Positions 31,046 to 40,073 of a DNA stretch of 64,000 nt are shown here, piece after piece. The number at the start of each line of letters is the position of its first letter. Within the stretch, counting starts at the first letter, position 1. Below the pieces are notes generated by a model, which made no database searches, was not told where the DNA came from, and saw only the letters and a program-made list of their open reading frames with translations. A program made the translations under genes and the position numbers. The DNA is from Dehalococcoidia bacterium (GTDB lineage: Bacteria; Chloroflexota; Dehalococcoidia; Lucifugimonadales; Australimonadaceae): NCBI GenBank assembly GCA_965220655.1, contig CBDCQO010000011.1, forward strand, positions 39,134 through 103,133, in the 5' to 3' direction.

Positions 31046-31927
31046 ATGAGCACGCCGCTTCCCTGTGGGTACGCCAGCGAGGGCCAGGGTGTCACGCCCC
31101 TGGCCGCTGCGCTGGAATCGAGCGCGATGCGCGACCAGGGCTTCGACGTCACCCTCTCGAAGATGGGCGACGCGCACGCGGTCGTGGCCGGGCTGGCCTC
31201 GGGCGCCGTCGTCTTCGGCAACCTCGCCGCGCCCGCGCTGGTGCTCGCGGCAGCGGAGGGCAGGGCGGACCTCGTCTTCCTCGCGGGCGGCGTCAACCAG
31301 CAGTTCCTCGTCGGCGCGCCCGGCACGACGCTCGACGCCCTACGGGGCCAGCCCCTCGGTATGAGTCACCCCGGCGACCTCACCGACTTCCTCGGCCAGC
31401 TCACCATCGACCGCGTACTCGGTGGAGCGGGCGAGCTTCGGGCTGTCGGCGGCAGCCAGTCCCGCCTGCGGGCCGTGCTCGACGGAGAGGTCGCCGCGAC
31501 GCCGCTCTCGCCGCCTACCGCCGTACAGGCGAAGCATGCCGGCTGTCCCTGGCTGTACGACTACGCGGAGATGGGCCTGAACTTCGCCATCGGCGGCATC
31601 GCGGCCACGCGCTCGCTCGTCGAGTCCCAGCCGGAGCTCGTGCGGCGCTTCCTGCGCGGTTACCTGGAGGGCCAGCGCCGCTACAAGCAGGACAGGGAGT
31701 TCGGCGTCGCGGTCCACGAGAAGTACGGCGAGACCACTCGCGCCATCGCCGGGGAGACCTACGACGTCACCCACAGCGGCTTCCGGGATTTCCCCGACCC
31801 CGCCACCGACGGCATGCGGATGCTCGTCGACTTCTGGAAGCGCACGGGCGTCATCCCCGAAGCGTTTCGCGTCGAGAGCGTCGTCGACTCAGGCCCCATC
31901 GCCACGGTCTGCGGTATCGCCCCTTGA
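31046..31927 (+). CDS. ABC-type substrate-binding protein (NMT1/SsuA-like), no signal peptide
   Basis: LDALRGQPLG, RLRAVLDGEVAA, PELVRRFLRG; no permease gene adjacent. Confidence 0.7.
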   Translation: MSTPLPCGYASEGQGVTPLAAALESSAMRDQGFDVTLSKMGDAHAVVAGLASGAVVFGNLAAPALVLAAAEGRADLVFLAGGVNQQFLVGAPGTTLDALRGQPLGMSHPGDLTDFLGQLTIDRVLGGAGELRAVGGSQSRLRAVLDGEVAATPLSPPTAVQAKHAGCPWLYDYAEMGLNFAIGGIAATRSLVESQPELVRRFLRGYLEGQRRYKQDREFGVAVHEKYGETTRAIAGETYDVTHSGFRDFPDPATDGMRMLVDFWKRTGVIPEAFRVESVVDSGPIATVCGIAP

Positions 31928-31953
31928 CATGCAACCCTGTGGTTGCGTATTAT
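31924..31953 (+). promoter_or_regulatory. Sigma70 promoter with ArsR-type operator, leaderless start
   Basis: TTGACA-N18-TATTAT; palindrome GCAACC-N4-GGTTGC in the spacer; ATG 6 nt after the -10 box. Confidence 0.75.
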
Positions 31954-31959
31954 GCGTGC

Positions 31960-32232
31960 ATGCACAAAGACCTGGTCTTCAGGGCACTCGCGGACCCAAC
32001 ACGGAGGTTGATGCTGGACGAGTTCTCTGAGCGCAACGAGCAGACGCTCTACGAGCTCACGGCGCGCTTGATCATGCGGCATGAAGTCGCCATCTCCCGA
32101 CAGGCCTTGGCCAAGCACCTTGATGTCTTAGAAAAAGCGGGGCTCGTAAGCTCAGAGAAGCGTGGCAAGTATCGGATGCTTGTCTTCAACGATGAACCAC
32201 TCAGGGCTGTCATGGATCGATGGCTCAAGTGA
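31960..32232 (+). CDS. ArsR/SmtB family transcriptional regulator
   Basis: VFRALADPTRR, SRQALAKHLDVLEKAGLV. Confidence 0.9.
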   Translation: MHKDLVFRALADPTRRLMLDEFSERNEQTLYELTARLIMRHEVAISRQALAKHLDVLEKAGLVSSEKRGKYRMLVFNDEPLRAVMDRWLK

Positions 32233-32259
32233 CACGATGAGAAGAAAAGGAGGCCAGAT

Positions 32260-32643
32260 ATGCGCATTACACTCACCGGCGTTTTCGTAAGTGACCAGGA
32301 CGAAGCTCTGAGGTTCTACACGGAGGCCCTCGGCTTTGTGAAGAAGCATGACGTCCCCGTGGGGAGATTCAAGTGGCTTACCGTCGTCTCGCCCGATGAC
32401 CCGGATGGGACCGAGCTTCTGCTTGAACCAAATGACAATCCGGTAGCACAAGAATTTCAGAAAGGGCTATTCGATCAAGGCATCCCAGCGGGGTCCTTTG
32501 GCGTTACGGACATCCGCGCAGAGTATGAGAAACTGAAGTCACTGGGCGTAGCTTTTACGATGGAGCCGACAGAATTGGCCAACGTCACTATTGCGGTCTT
32601 TGACGACACCTGCGGCAACCTGATCCAGATGATGCAAACGTGA
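32260..32643 (+). CDS. VOC/glyoxalase family protein
   Basis: VFVSDQDEALRFYTEALGF, WLTVVSP, FDDTCGNLIQ. Confidence 0.92.
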   Translation: MRITLTGVFVSDQDEALRFYTEALGFVKKHDVPVGRFKWLTVVSPDDPDGTELLLEPNDNPVAQEFQKGLFDQGIPAGSFGVTDIRAEYEKLKSLGVAFTMEPTELANVTIAVFDDTCGNLIQMMQT

Positions 32644-32712
32644 CGACGACCGACCAGACTATCCCGCTTGGGGTGCGGGTGCAGTCTAGCCCGTCCAGGC
32701 GCAGAGAAAGCG

Positions 32713-32789
32713 TGGTGGGCGGTAGAGGACTCGAACCTCTGGCCTCCGCGATGTCAACGCGACGCTCTAACCAACTGAGCTAACCGCCC
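32713..32789 (-). tRNA. tRNA-Val(GAC)
   Basis: GGGCGGTTAGCTCAGTTGGTTAGAGCG..TT-GAC-AT..GGTTCGAGTCC..CCGCCCACCA; 77 nt with encoded CCA. Confidence 0.97.
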
Positions 32790-32930
32790 CGTCCACCGAC
32801 GCCTACGAGTATAGCACCCCCTCGCGGTGATACGGGGCGGCGGCAACGGGCGTCGTGCGGGTGTGCTACCATCGTCCGCGCTGTACGCCCGCGATGCACT
32901 GCGGGTCGGCCATACGAACGGAGGAGGTGG

Positions 32931-33140
32931 ATGATGGTGGAAACAGCACTGCCCGCATGCCAGGCATGCAATGAAGGAGACCTCGTCCCGCTGTCGGACT
33001 TCGGAAGCCAGGGTGCGCCCATCCACTACAAGGCATGGGTCTGCACCAACCCCGACTGCGGGTTCAACCTCAAGATCCGAAACGGCGACGTCTACATCAA
33101 CGAGCCCATCAACAACGGCGCCACGGCAGGCAGGCGCTAG
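32931..33140 (+). CDS. Small zinc-ribbon-like protein
   Basis: CQAC...CTNPDC; GGAGGAGG RBS. Confidence 0.75.
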   Translation: MMVETALPACQACNEGDLVPLSDFGSQGAPIHYKAWVCTNPDCGFNLKIRNGDVYINEPINNGATAGRR

Positions 33141-33372
33141 CCCCCCGCTCCGCTGGGATACTCCCCCCGCCCTCTGAGTGGGGCCGGGAGTGAGGGTTGT
33201 TGTCATGTCGAGCGGAGCCGGAGGTGGAACGCCGTCCCGTCATTCCCGCATCGGCGGGAATCTCAGGCGACCCTTGGTCGCACGTGCGCAGGGCAGCGCG
33301 CACGGGGAGAGGCGGCTGAGTGGGGTGTTTGTCATGGTGAGCGGAGCCGAAGCATCTCTCGGGTTGCCTGCT

Positions 33373-33408
33373 CCCCTCGCCCCCTGGGAGAGGGGCAAGG
33401 GGTGAGGG
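33373..33408. repeat. REP-like family 3 (CCCCTCGCCCCCTGGGAGAGGGG..GGGTGAGGG)
   Basis: Hairpin with GGGTGAGGG tail; degenerate relatives near 8894-8930 and 33160-33197. Confidence 0.55.
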
Positions 33409-34220
33409 TTTATCACGCACGGCGCGCCTCCGCCGTCGGCGCGGCGCTGCTTGCCGTGGGGGCGCTCCTGCTCGCTGCGGCTGCTGCCTACTACGCCTAC
33501 GGCTTCTTCGCCGGACGCGATCTCGACCGCCTCGACGTGACCGTCACCGGACCTGTCAGCGAGACGTTGCCACGCGCGACTGCCACGGCGCATGAGGGGC
33601 CGTCGCCAGCCGCGCAGGAGCTCTACCCCGGATCGCTCATGCCCGCCCGGCAGTGGGCCGACCCGCGCGGCGCGATCAATCTCGGCGTGCCGGACCTCGA
33701 GGGGTTCATCCCCCTCAGCAACGAGGGGCAGCCGCACATCGCCGGGGTCGTCGGGAGGGCCGAGCGCATCGTCATCCCGCAACTCAACGTCGACGCCGAG
33801 GTCGAGGAGCTCAGCATCATCAACCTCGCGTCGAGCGCTGCGTACGAGACGCCCGCGTTCACGGTCGGCCACATCCCCACGACGCCGAACCCCGGTTCGA
33901 CGGGGAACGGCTGGTACTTCGGCCACCTGGAGAACCCGATCCAGGGCGAGGGCAACGTCTTCCTGCGCCTGCCCGAGATTGCCGACCTGCTGCGCGACGG
34001 CGACGACGTGCATGTCATCCTCACGTCCGGCGGGCGGGAGTACCTCTACCTTGTGAACGGCACGAGCACCACCCACGCCGACGATCTCGCGCTCTATCCG
34101 TCGGACGACGCCCGCATCTCGCTCGTCACCTGTTTCCCGCGCCTCAAGTACGACCAGCGCCTCATCGTCACCGCGCAGCTCGTCGCCTTCAGGGACACGC
34201 CCACGCCGGCAACCGCGTAG
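33402..34220 (+). CDS. Sortase
   Basis: N-terminal TM anchor, [14 protein letters not shown] (His), LVTC (Cys), downstream R in DQRLIV. Confidence 0.9.
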   Translation: MRVYHARRASAVGAALLAVGALLLAAAAAYYAYGFFAGRDLDRLDVTVTGPVSETLPRATATAHEGPSPAAQELYPGSLMPARQWADPRGAINLGVPDLEGFIPLSNEGQPHIAGVVGRAERIVIPQLNVDAEVEELSIINLASSAAYETPAFTVGHIPTTPNPGSTGNGWYFGHLENPIQGEGNVFLRLPEIADLLRDGDDVHVILTSGGREYLYLVNGTSTTHADDLALYPSDDARISLVTCFPRLKYDQRLIVTAQLVAFRDTPTPATA

Positions 34221-34227
34221 AATAGAA

Positions 34228-35079
34228 GTGATGGGCTCGGTTCCGGGATACGGACTTCTGCTCCGAGCGGCAGCCGTTGCGCTGCTCGTGCTTGCGTTCG
34301 CCGCCTGCGAGGGCGCGACGCCCACTCCGGTGCCTGTTCCCACCAACACACCGGTTCCTGCTCCCACGAACACGCCCACACCGGTGCCTACCGATACGCC
34401 GACGCCCGCCCCAACGAACACGCCCACACTGGCCCCCGCCGACACACCGACGCCGGCGCCACAGCCTACCGACACCCCCACGCCGGCGCCCGGCGTCACG
34501 CCGCAGCCGACCGACACGCCTACTCCTACCCCGCCGCCAACGAACACCCCGACGCCGAGGCCGCAGCCGACCGACACCCCCACACCCCTCCCCACCGACA
34601 CGCCGACGCCCGAACCTGCGCCTGCGAGCGGCTGGCGCACCGACGTCGCCACCGGCTCCGGCGTCGGCGACCGCGCGACGGACGCCTCGCTGACGCTCGC
34701 CGACGGCTCCACTGCCACCATCGAGTCCGCCGCCGGAGGCCGGGCCGTCCTCCTCTACTTCTTCGCCACTTGGTGACCGTCCTGTAACGCCGAGTTACGG
34801 ACGTTAACCAGCCTCTACAACGACTACAGCAGCGACGTCGAGGTCGTGTCTGTCGCCTTCAACCAGAACGCGGACCAGCTCGGCGCGCACGCCGCGAGGC
34901 AGGGCTATGCGGGGGTGTTCGCCGAGGGTCCTGCATCACTCGTCCGCGACTACAACGTCCGCTCGCAGTCGTCGTGGGTCGGCATCGGGCGTGACGGCGC
35001 CATCCTCAACAGGCGCGGCTACGGAGCAGATGGCGCGTCCTTCTGGCGCGGCATCCTGGACACGCTGCGCGCATCGTAA
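34228..35079 (+). CDS. Thioredoxin-fold (TlpA/AhpC-TSA-like) lipoprotein with Pro/Thr linker; putative selenoprotein (UGA at 34774-34776)
   Basis: Lipobox LAFAAC; [14 protein letters not shown] gives UxxC; the frame stays open to TAA at 35079; hairpin directly 3' of TGA. Confidence 0.85.
34778..34803 (+). promoter_or_regulatory. Candidate bacterial SECIS element
   Basis: CGTCC-(T)-GTAAC-[GCCGA]-GTTAC-GGACG, starting at +2 after TGA. Confidence 0.65.
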
Positions 35080-35265
35080 GCCTCTGGATTCCCGCCGGTG
35101 CGGGAATCCAGAGTGCGCGGGCAGCGCACACGGCGGAGAGTGGGGTTGGGTGGTCACCCTTGTTTTCGTCGTTGTGGCGTCGCAGCGCAGCGGCGGGTGA
35201 GGGCGGTCCACCCGCATTGACACTCCACCCGCCCGCGCCTAGCCTTACCCGCGAGCAGTGAACAC

Positions 35266-35895
35266 ATGACCACGCACAGCACATCCGTATCGCGCCTCGT
35301 CAGGGCGGGGGCAGCCCTGCTCCTGCTGCTGGCGACACTCGCCGCCTGCGGATCGGACCCCACCGCGACACCGGTGCCGCAGCCCACGCCAACCCCGGAG
35401 CCGGAGCCCACCGCCACCCCGCAACCGGCCTCGGACGGCATGGCTGCCGGAGGCTGGCGCTCCGACCTCGCCGTCGGCTCCGGCCACGGCGACCGCGCGG
35501 CCAACGCCTCGATAACGCTCGTGGACGGAACCTCCACAACGCTCGAAGAGGCTGCCGCGGGCCGGGGCGTCCTTCTCTACTTCTTCGCCACGTGGTGACC
35601 GACCTGCCGCGGCGAGGCTCGCACGCTGGACACCCTCTACGACGACTATAAGGACGATGTCGAGTTCATCTACGTCGCTTGGTCGGACCCCATCGCCAAG
35701 CTGGACTCCTATGCCGCGAGTGAAGGCTACGACTGGATATTCGCCGAGGCGGGGCCGGGCACGCCCCAGGACTTCAACATCCGCTCGCAGGCGACGTATG
35801 TCGGCATCGCGCCCGACGGCACCATCGTCGCCAGCAGCGGTGGCGGCTCCGGCAAGGACTGGCCCAGCATCCTCGACCAACTGAGTTCTACGTAA
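35266..35895 (+). CDS. Second thioredoxin-fold lipoprotein paralog; putative selenoprotein (UGA at 35596-35598)
   Basis: Lipobox TLAAC; [14 protein letters not shown]; the readthrough part (..FNIRSQATYVGIAPDG..) is homologous to paralog 1; TAA at 35895. Confidence 0.85.
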
Positions 35896-36056
35896 CCGTC
35901 CACATGCCGCTCGTTGCGCGCCCGCTCCCGCTCGTGGTGAGCCTGTCGAACCACGCCCGTCCCTCAAGTATCCCCTTCCGATCGTGCGCGAAGCCGACTT
36001 CTAGATGCGCGCTGCAGCGAGCCTCCTTGGCTTCAGTGGTCGATGGCTACACCAGA

Positions 36057-37379
36057 TCACCGTACCAGCCCAGGCAGCCAGAGGATAATCTCGGGAAAGA
36101 TGACGACGAGCACCATTGCGAGGATGTTCAGAATCACGTAGGGGACGGCCGCCCAGTACATATCGATCATCGTCGGGTCGTCCTTCGTGGCGCCCGTAAC
36201 GACGCTCTTCAGCACGAAGAGCGTGAGGCCGAATGGAGGAGTGAGTCCTCCATTATTCAAGCCCATCATGAACAGCACCCAGAACCAGATGGGGTCGAAC
36301 CCCAGCGCATTAGCGATGGGTCCAAAGATAGGAATCGCAACCACCATGATCGAAACCGAGTCGATGAAGAAACCAAGGACGAAAATCACTAGGTGCATCA
36401 CGAGCAGGATGACTAGCGGTGATACTGTCAACTCGGAAACCAGTCGCAGGAGGCCGGTCGTGGCGCCACTGAGCGCCAGAACCTGACTGAGCGCAACCGC
36501 CGCTGCGATGATCAGAAAAATCATCGCAGAGACCTTGGTCGCACCCATGACAGACTCGCGGATAACCTCGAAACTAAGCCTCCGGTAGAGGGCGACCACC
36601 GCGACGGCGGCGAGAGCGCCGGTAGCGGCAGCCTCGCTGGGTGTCGTGATTCCCAGCAGGATGAAACCCATGACCATGAAGACGATCAAGAGCATGGGAG
36701 AGAGTTTCAGTGCGCCGGTCAGCTTCTCACTCCACGGTGCGGTAGTGGCCGTGTAGGCCGGGGCAAGCGCTGGGTTGATTCTGACGCGTATCAGGATGTA
36801 GATGGCATAGAGCGCTGCCATGAGCAGGCCCGGCAGAAGACCCCCGATCAACAACCGACTAATCGATACCTGGGCGAAGCTTCCCGCAAGCACCATGAGT
36901 GCGCTGGGGGGAATGACTGAGGCCAGAGTACCGATCGAGGCAATCGTGCCCAGGCCCAGCCGCTTGTCGTAGCCGCGGTTGGCCATCTCCGGGTAGAGAG
37001 TCGTGCCCAGCAGGGCAGTGTCAGCGAGCCCTGCGCCGCTCAGCGTTGCCAGACCGGTTCCCGCAGCCACCGAGACGAACAAGAGGCGCGCACGCAGTTG
37101 CCCTATCCACTTGTCGATGACGTCGATGATCATCGCGATGACCCGGGACTGGAACAGGACCTCACCAAGCAGGAAGAACATGGGGATGGCGACCAGCGTG
37201 AAAGACGAGACTGAAGAGAAGATGCTGCCGGGAATGACCACCAGGCCTTTCGTTCCTGCAGCGACAAGCAGCAGGCCGAGGATATTGGCTCCCGCGAAGG
37301 CGAAGGCCACCGGAAGGCCCATCACCATGAAGAGGACCAGCAGCGTCAGAATGACGACGAGGAAGCCCCACCACTCCAT
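36057..37379 (-). CDS. dctM: TRAP transporter large permease
   Basis: GLPVAFA, LVAIPMF, VIPPS, TPSEAA, LTPPFG. Confidence 0.93.
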   Translation of the reverse strand: MEWWGFLVVILTLLVLFMVMGLPVAFAFAGANILGLLLVAAGTKGLVVIPGSIFSSVSSFTLVAIPMFFLLGEVLFQSRVIAMIIDVIDKWIGQLRARLLFVSVAAGTGLATLSGAGLADTALLGTTLYPEMANRGYDKRLGLGTIASIGTLASVIPPSALMVLAGSFAQVSISRLLIGGLLPGLLMAALYAIYILIRVRINPALAPAYTATTAPWSEKLTGALKLSPMLLIVFMVMGFILLGITTPSEAAATGALAAVAVVALYRRLSFEVIRESVMGATKVSAMIFLIIAAAVALSQVLALSGATTGLLRLVSELTVSPLVILLVMHLVIFVLGFFIDSVSIMVVAIPIFGPIANALGFDPIWFWVLFMMGLNNGGLTPPFGLTLFVLKSVVTGATKDDPTMIDMYWAAVPYVILNILAMVLVVIFPEIILWLPGLVR

Positions 37380-37429
37380 TCAGTCCCCTTTCAGCGCATC
37401 GAGGGATTCGTACATACCGAAGGCCGGGT

Positions 37430-37966
37430 TCATCTCGGCGCCTTCGCATGTGCCAGATGGGTGGAGAGGTCCCTGACGCTCCCGGCAAGCATCCGCAGGA
37501 ACTGGAGCGTCATGAGGAGCATCCCGAAGGGCATGACCCACCATATCCAGAACTCGGGGAACTTGATCGTGCGGAACAGTATGGTGCCGTCCTGGTACAG
37601 GTCCCATGTGGCAACACCCGTGCGGTGGAAGATGACAGCGCTGATAATTGCGCCGATGAGCAGGACCACGGGACGGAGGAGCAACGCCCTCGTCTGGCTC
37701 AGCCGCTCGGTAACGACTGTCATGCTCACGTGGCCGCCCTCGCGCAGCAGCCACGGCGCACTCAGGAAGGTGATGAACAGCAGCGCGTACTCGCTGAAGT
37801 CCGTTACCCATGATGTCGGGTTGTTGAGCACGCGCCGCACGAACACTTCGTAGCCGATGGCAACTGCCATGAGGCCGACGAGGGCGCCGCTGAGGTAAGC
37901 GCAGCCCTCGAGCAGGCGGTCGAACCACCTGCCCGAGACGCCGCCAACCGTCCTGAGCGCTAACAC
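37430..37966 (-). CDS. dctQ: TRAP transporter small permease
   Basis: Four TMs; EVFVR, W..DFSEY, GGHVSM. Confidence 0.88.
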   Translation of the reverse strand: MLALRTVGGVSGRWFDRLLEGCAYLSGALVGLMAVAIGYEVFVRRVLNNPTSWVTDFSEYALLFITFLSAPWLLREGGHVSMTVVTERLSQTRALLLRPVVLLIGAIISAVIFHRTGVATWDLYQDGTILFRTIKFPEFWIWWVMPFGMLLMTLQFLRMLAGSVRDLSTHLAHAKAPR

Positions 37967-38009
37967 CGTTGGTATACCTTGCGGTGGGCTATGGCGTGCG
38001 CATCTCCAA

Positions 38010-39053
38010 CTAACCGGTCAAGCAGGTCAGCGCTTCCTCGATGCGCGAGGCGTACGCGGGGTCGCCGGTCCGGATGTTGTTCTCCAGGTTGGCTTCGTAG
38101 AAGGTGCTGTTCCACAACTCCTCATCTGCTCCCGTAAAGACGACCTCCTCGAGGCCGGCGGCGAGCAGTGCCTCCCGCTCCCTGTCCGAACTCGTGAAGC
38201 CTGCCTCGCGGCCGGACACCTGAACCTCGCTGATGGCCTGGTTGATGATGTCCTTCACGTCGCTTGGAAGCGCGTTCCAACTGTCTTCGTTCGCGAACAG
38301 AGCCGACGTTACCTCGGTGAGATCGGGCTTGATCATGTACTTCAGCACTTCGCCCAGCCCCAGCGCGTCGGCACCGACACCGCCGAACATGATGCCGTCG
38401 ATGACGCCCTTCTCAAGACCGGAATATATCTCTGGAACCGCGATGGTGACCGTCTCGCCGCCAAGTGTTTCGACGAAGGCCTCGTAGGTGCCACCTGAGG
38501 CGCGCAGTTTCAGCCCGCTGAAATCGGGAGAGGTCATCGGCTTGGTGGTATAGACCTTGTTGCCGAATCCCATCGGGAACTCTCCCAGCATCTTGACCCC
38601 TATGTGCTCGGAATAGAGGTCTTCCAGCGCGTCTGAGAGCCCGCACGCCCGCCTCTCCTCCGCGGAACCCCTCGCGAGTGACGACGAGATGACCAAGCTA
38701 GACTGTCCGGCGTGATACCCAGCGGTTGAGAAGTTCAGATCGAAGAGGCCGTCCTTTAGAGGCTGGATCTGCTGGAAGGAGGGTACCGCCTCCGGGCCGA
38801 CCTTGTTGATCACCACACGGTCTCCCCCGATACGCGCTATGGCGTCGATGACAGGGTCGCCGGACACGACGGTCGCTTCCACTCTCCTGTCCCAGGCCAT
38901 GATGACGTTCAACTCCACAGGCTCAGGGGGAGGTGTCGGCGTCGCGGTCGCTGCGGGCGCTGGCGTGGGCGTGGGCTCGTCCTCTCCGCATGCGGCGAGC
39001 AGCCCCATCAGGATAACGACCACTGTTGCTAGGAAGAGAACCCTATTCCACAT
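38010..39053 (-). CDS. dctP: TRAP substrate-binding lipoprotein
   Basis: Lipobox LLAAC, Pro/Thr linker, DFSGLKLR, EIYSGLEKGVIDG, WNALPSD. Confidence 0.9.
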   Translation of the reverse strand: MWNRVLFLATVVVILMGLLAACGEDEPTPTPAPAATATPTPPPEPVELNVIMAWDRRVEATVVSGDPVIDAIARIGGDRVVINKVGPEAVPSFQQIQPLKDGLFDLNFSTAGYHAGQSSLVISSSLARGSAEERRACGLSDALEDLYSEHIGVKMLGEFPMGFGNKVYTTKPMTSPDFSGLKLRASGGTYEAFVETLGGETVTIAVPEIYSGLEKGVIDGIMFGGVGADALGLGEVLKYMIKPDLTEVTSALFANEDSWNALPSDVKDIINQAISEVQVSGREAGFTSSDREREALLAAGLEEVVFTGADEELWNSTFYEANLENNIRTGDPAYASRIEEALTCLTG

Positions 39054-39090
39054 GACAGCCTCCTCCTCCCTGCGGCAACCGCAGGGCAGG

Positions 39091-40047
39091 TCACATCCGC
39101 TTAGCACCGAACCATTCGACGTAGTCGCGTACGCAAGCCGGAACATCGAACTCAGGCTCATAGCCCAGGACCGCCTTGGAGCGGTCCAGGTTCAAAGCCA
39201 CCGCGTTGAACATCGCGGCGCCGCTCGAGTCTGGTGGCGCGACGCTCGTCTTCGTTTCCGGCACAGCTTCGACTATCGCGTTGGCCAGTTCCTCGGCACT
39301 CGTGATTCGCCCCATGCCTATATTGAACACGCGGTCGGTAAGGTCCTCAGCCCTCAGGGCAAGGACCGTGCCTCGGGCTGCATCCTTCGAATAGACCCAT
39401 TCCAGCGGGCGTGAGGGCACTTCGATCTCACCCTTCAGGAGAGCGCCTTCCACCAGGTCGCGGAACATGTTGCTGGGCCCTCCGCCCCCGCGGCCACTCC
39501 AGGGGCCTGCGATGGCCGCATAGCGGACAGCACGGACGTCCACTCCACACCAAGCGGTGTAGTTGGCCGCCAGACTTTCGACAGCCTGCTTGGTCGCCGC
39601 ATAGAACGTGGAGGGCCGGGGGTAGGCTTCCTCGAAAGCCGGGTCGCCGGAATCGCCTCCGCCTGTCAGACTCTGGGCCAGGACCCCTGAGCTCACCACC
39701 ACTACTCTCTCAACGCCCATCGTCCGAGCGGACTCGAGGACGTTGACGGTGCCCATGATGTTGATCTGGATCGCTCCGTAGGGGTTCTGCTGGGCGCCGA
39801 TGGTGAGCATCGGGTACGCCGCGGTGTGGACGACCCGGTCTGCCTTGCTGTCACGTATCGCATTGACGATGCTGAGGGGGGTCAGGATGTCGCCCTGGAC
39901 CACTCTGAGTCTGCTGATGTCCACGTTCTCGGCGAGGCACTCCGGCTGGGGCGCGTAGTCGAACACCGTAACGTCCTCGCCGTCGTTGACGAGGATATTC
40001 GCGATCTGAGAGCCGACCAGGCCCCCTCCAATCAGCAGAACCGGCAT
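39091..40047 (-). CDS. NAD-dependent epimerase/dehydratase family protein
   Basis: GGGLVG, HTAA, NIMGTVNVLE, YAATK. Confidence 0.9.
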   Translation of the reverse strand: MPVLLIGGGLVGSQIANILVNDGEDVTVFDYAPQPECLAENVDISRLRVVQGDILTPLSIVNAIRDSKADRVVHTAAYPMLTIGAQQNPYGAIQINIMGTVNVLESARTMGVERVVVVSSGVLAQSLTGGGDSGDPAFEEAYPRPSTFYAATKQAVESLAANYTAWCGVDVRAVRYAAIAGPWSGRGGGGPSNMFRDLVEGALLKGEIEVPSRPLEWVYSKDAARGTVLALRAEDLTDRVFNIGMGRITSAEELANAIVEAVPETKTSVAPPDSSGAAMFNAVALNLDRSKAVLGYEPEFDVPACVRDYVEWFGAKRM

Positions 40048-40073
40048 TCAATCCTCCCCTGCAGAACAGTGCG

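Noticed and set aside
34318-34625. Tandem repeats that might look like a CRISPR array or VNTR
   Set aside because: They are codon-level repeats encoding the PT(D/N)TP stalk; there is no constant repeat with unique spacers and no cas gene
34846-35079. Separate 77-aa ORF
   Set aside because: In frame with, and better explained as, the C-terminal half of the UGA-readthrough protein
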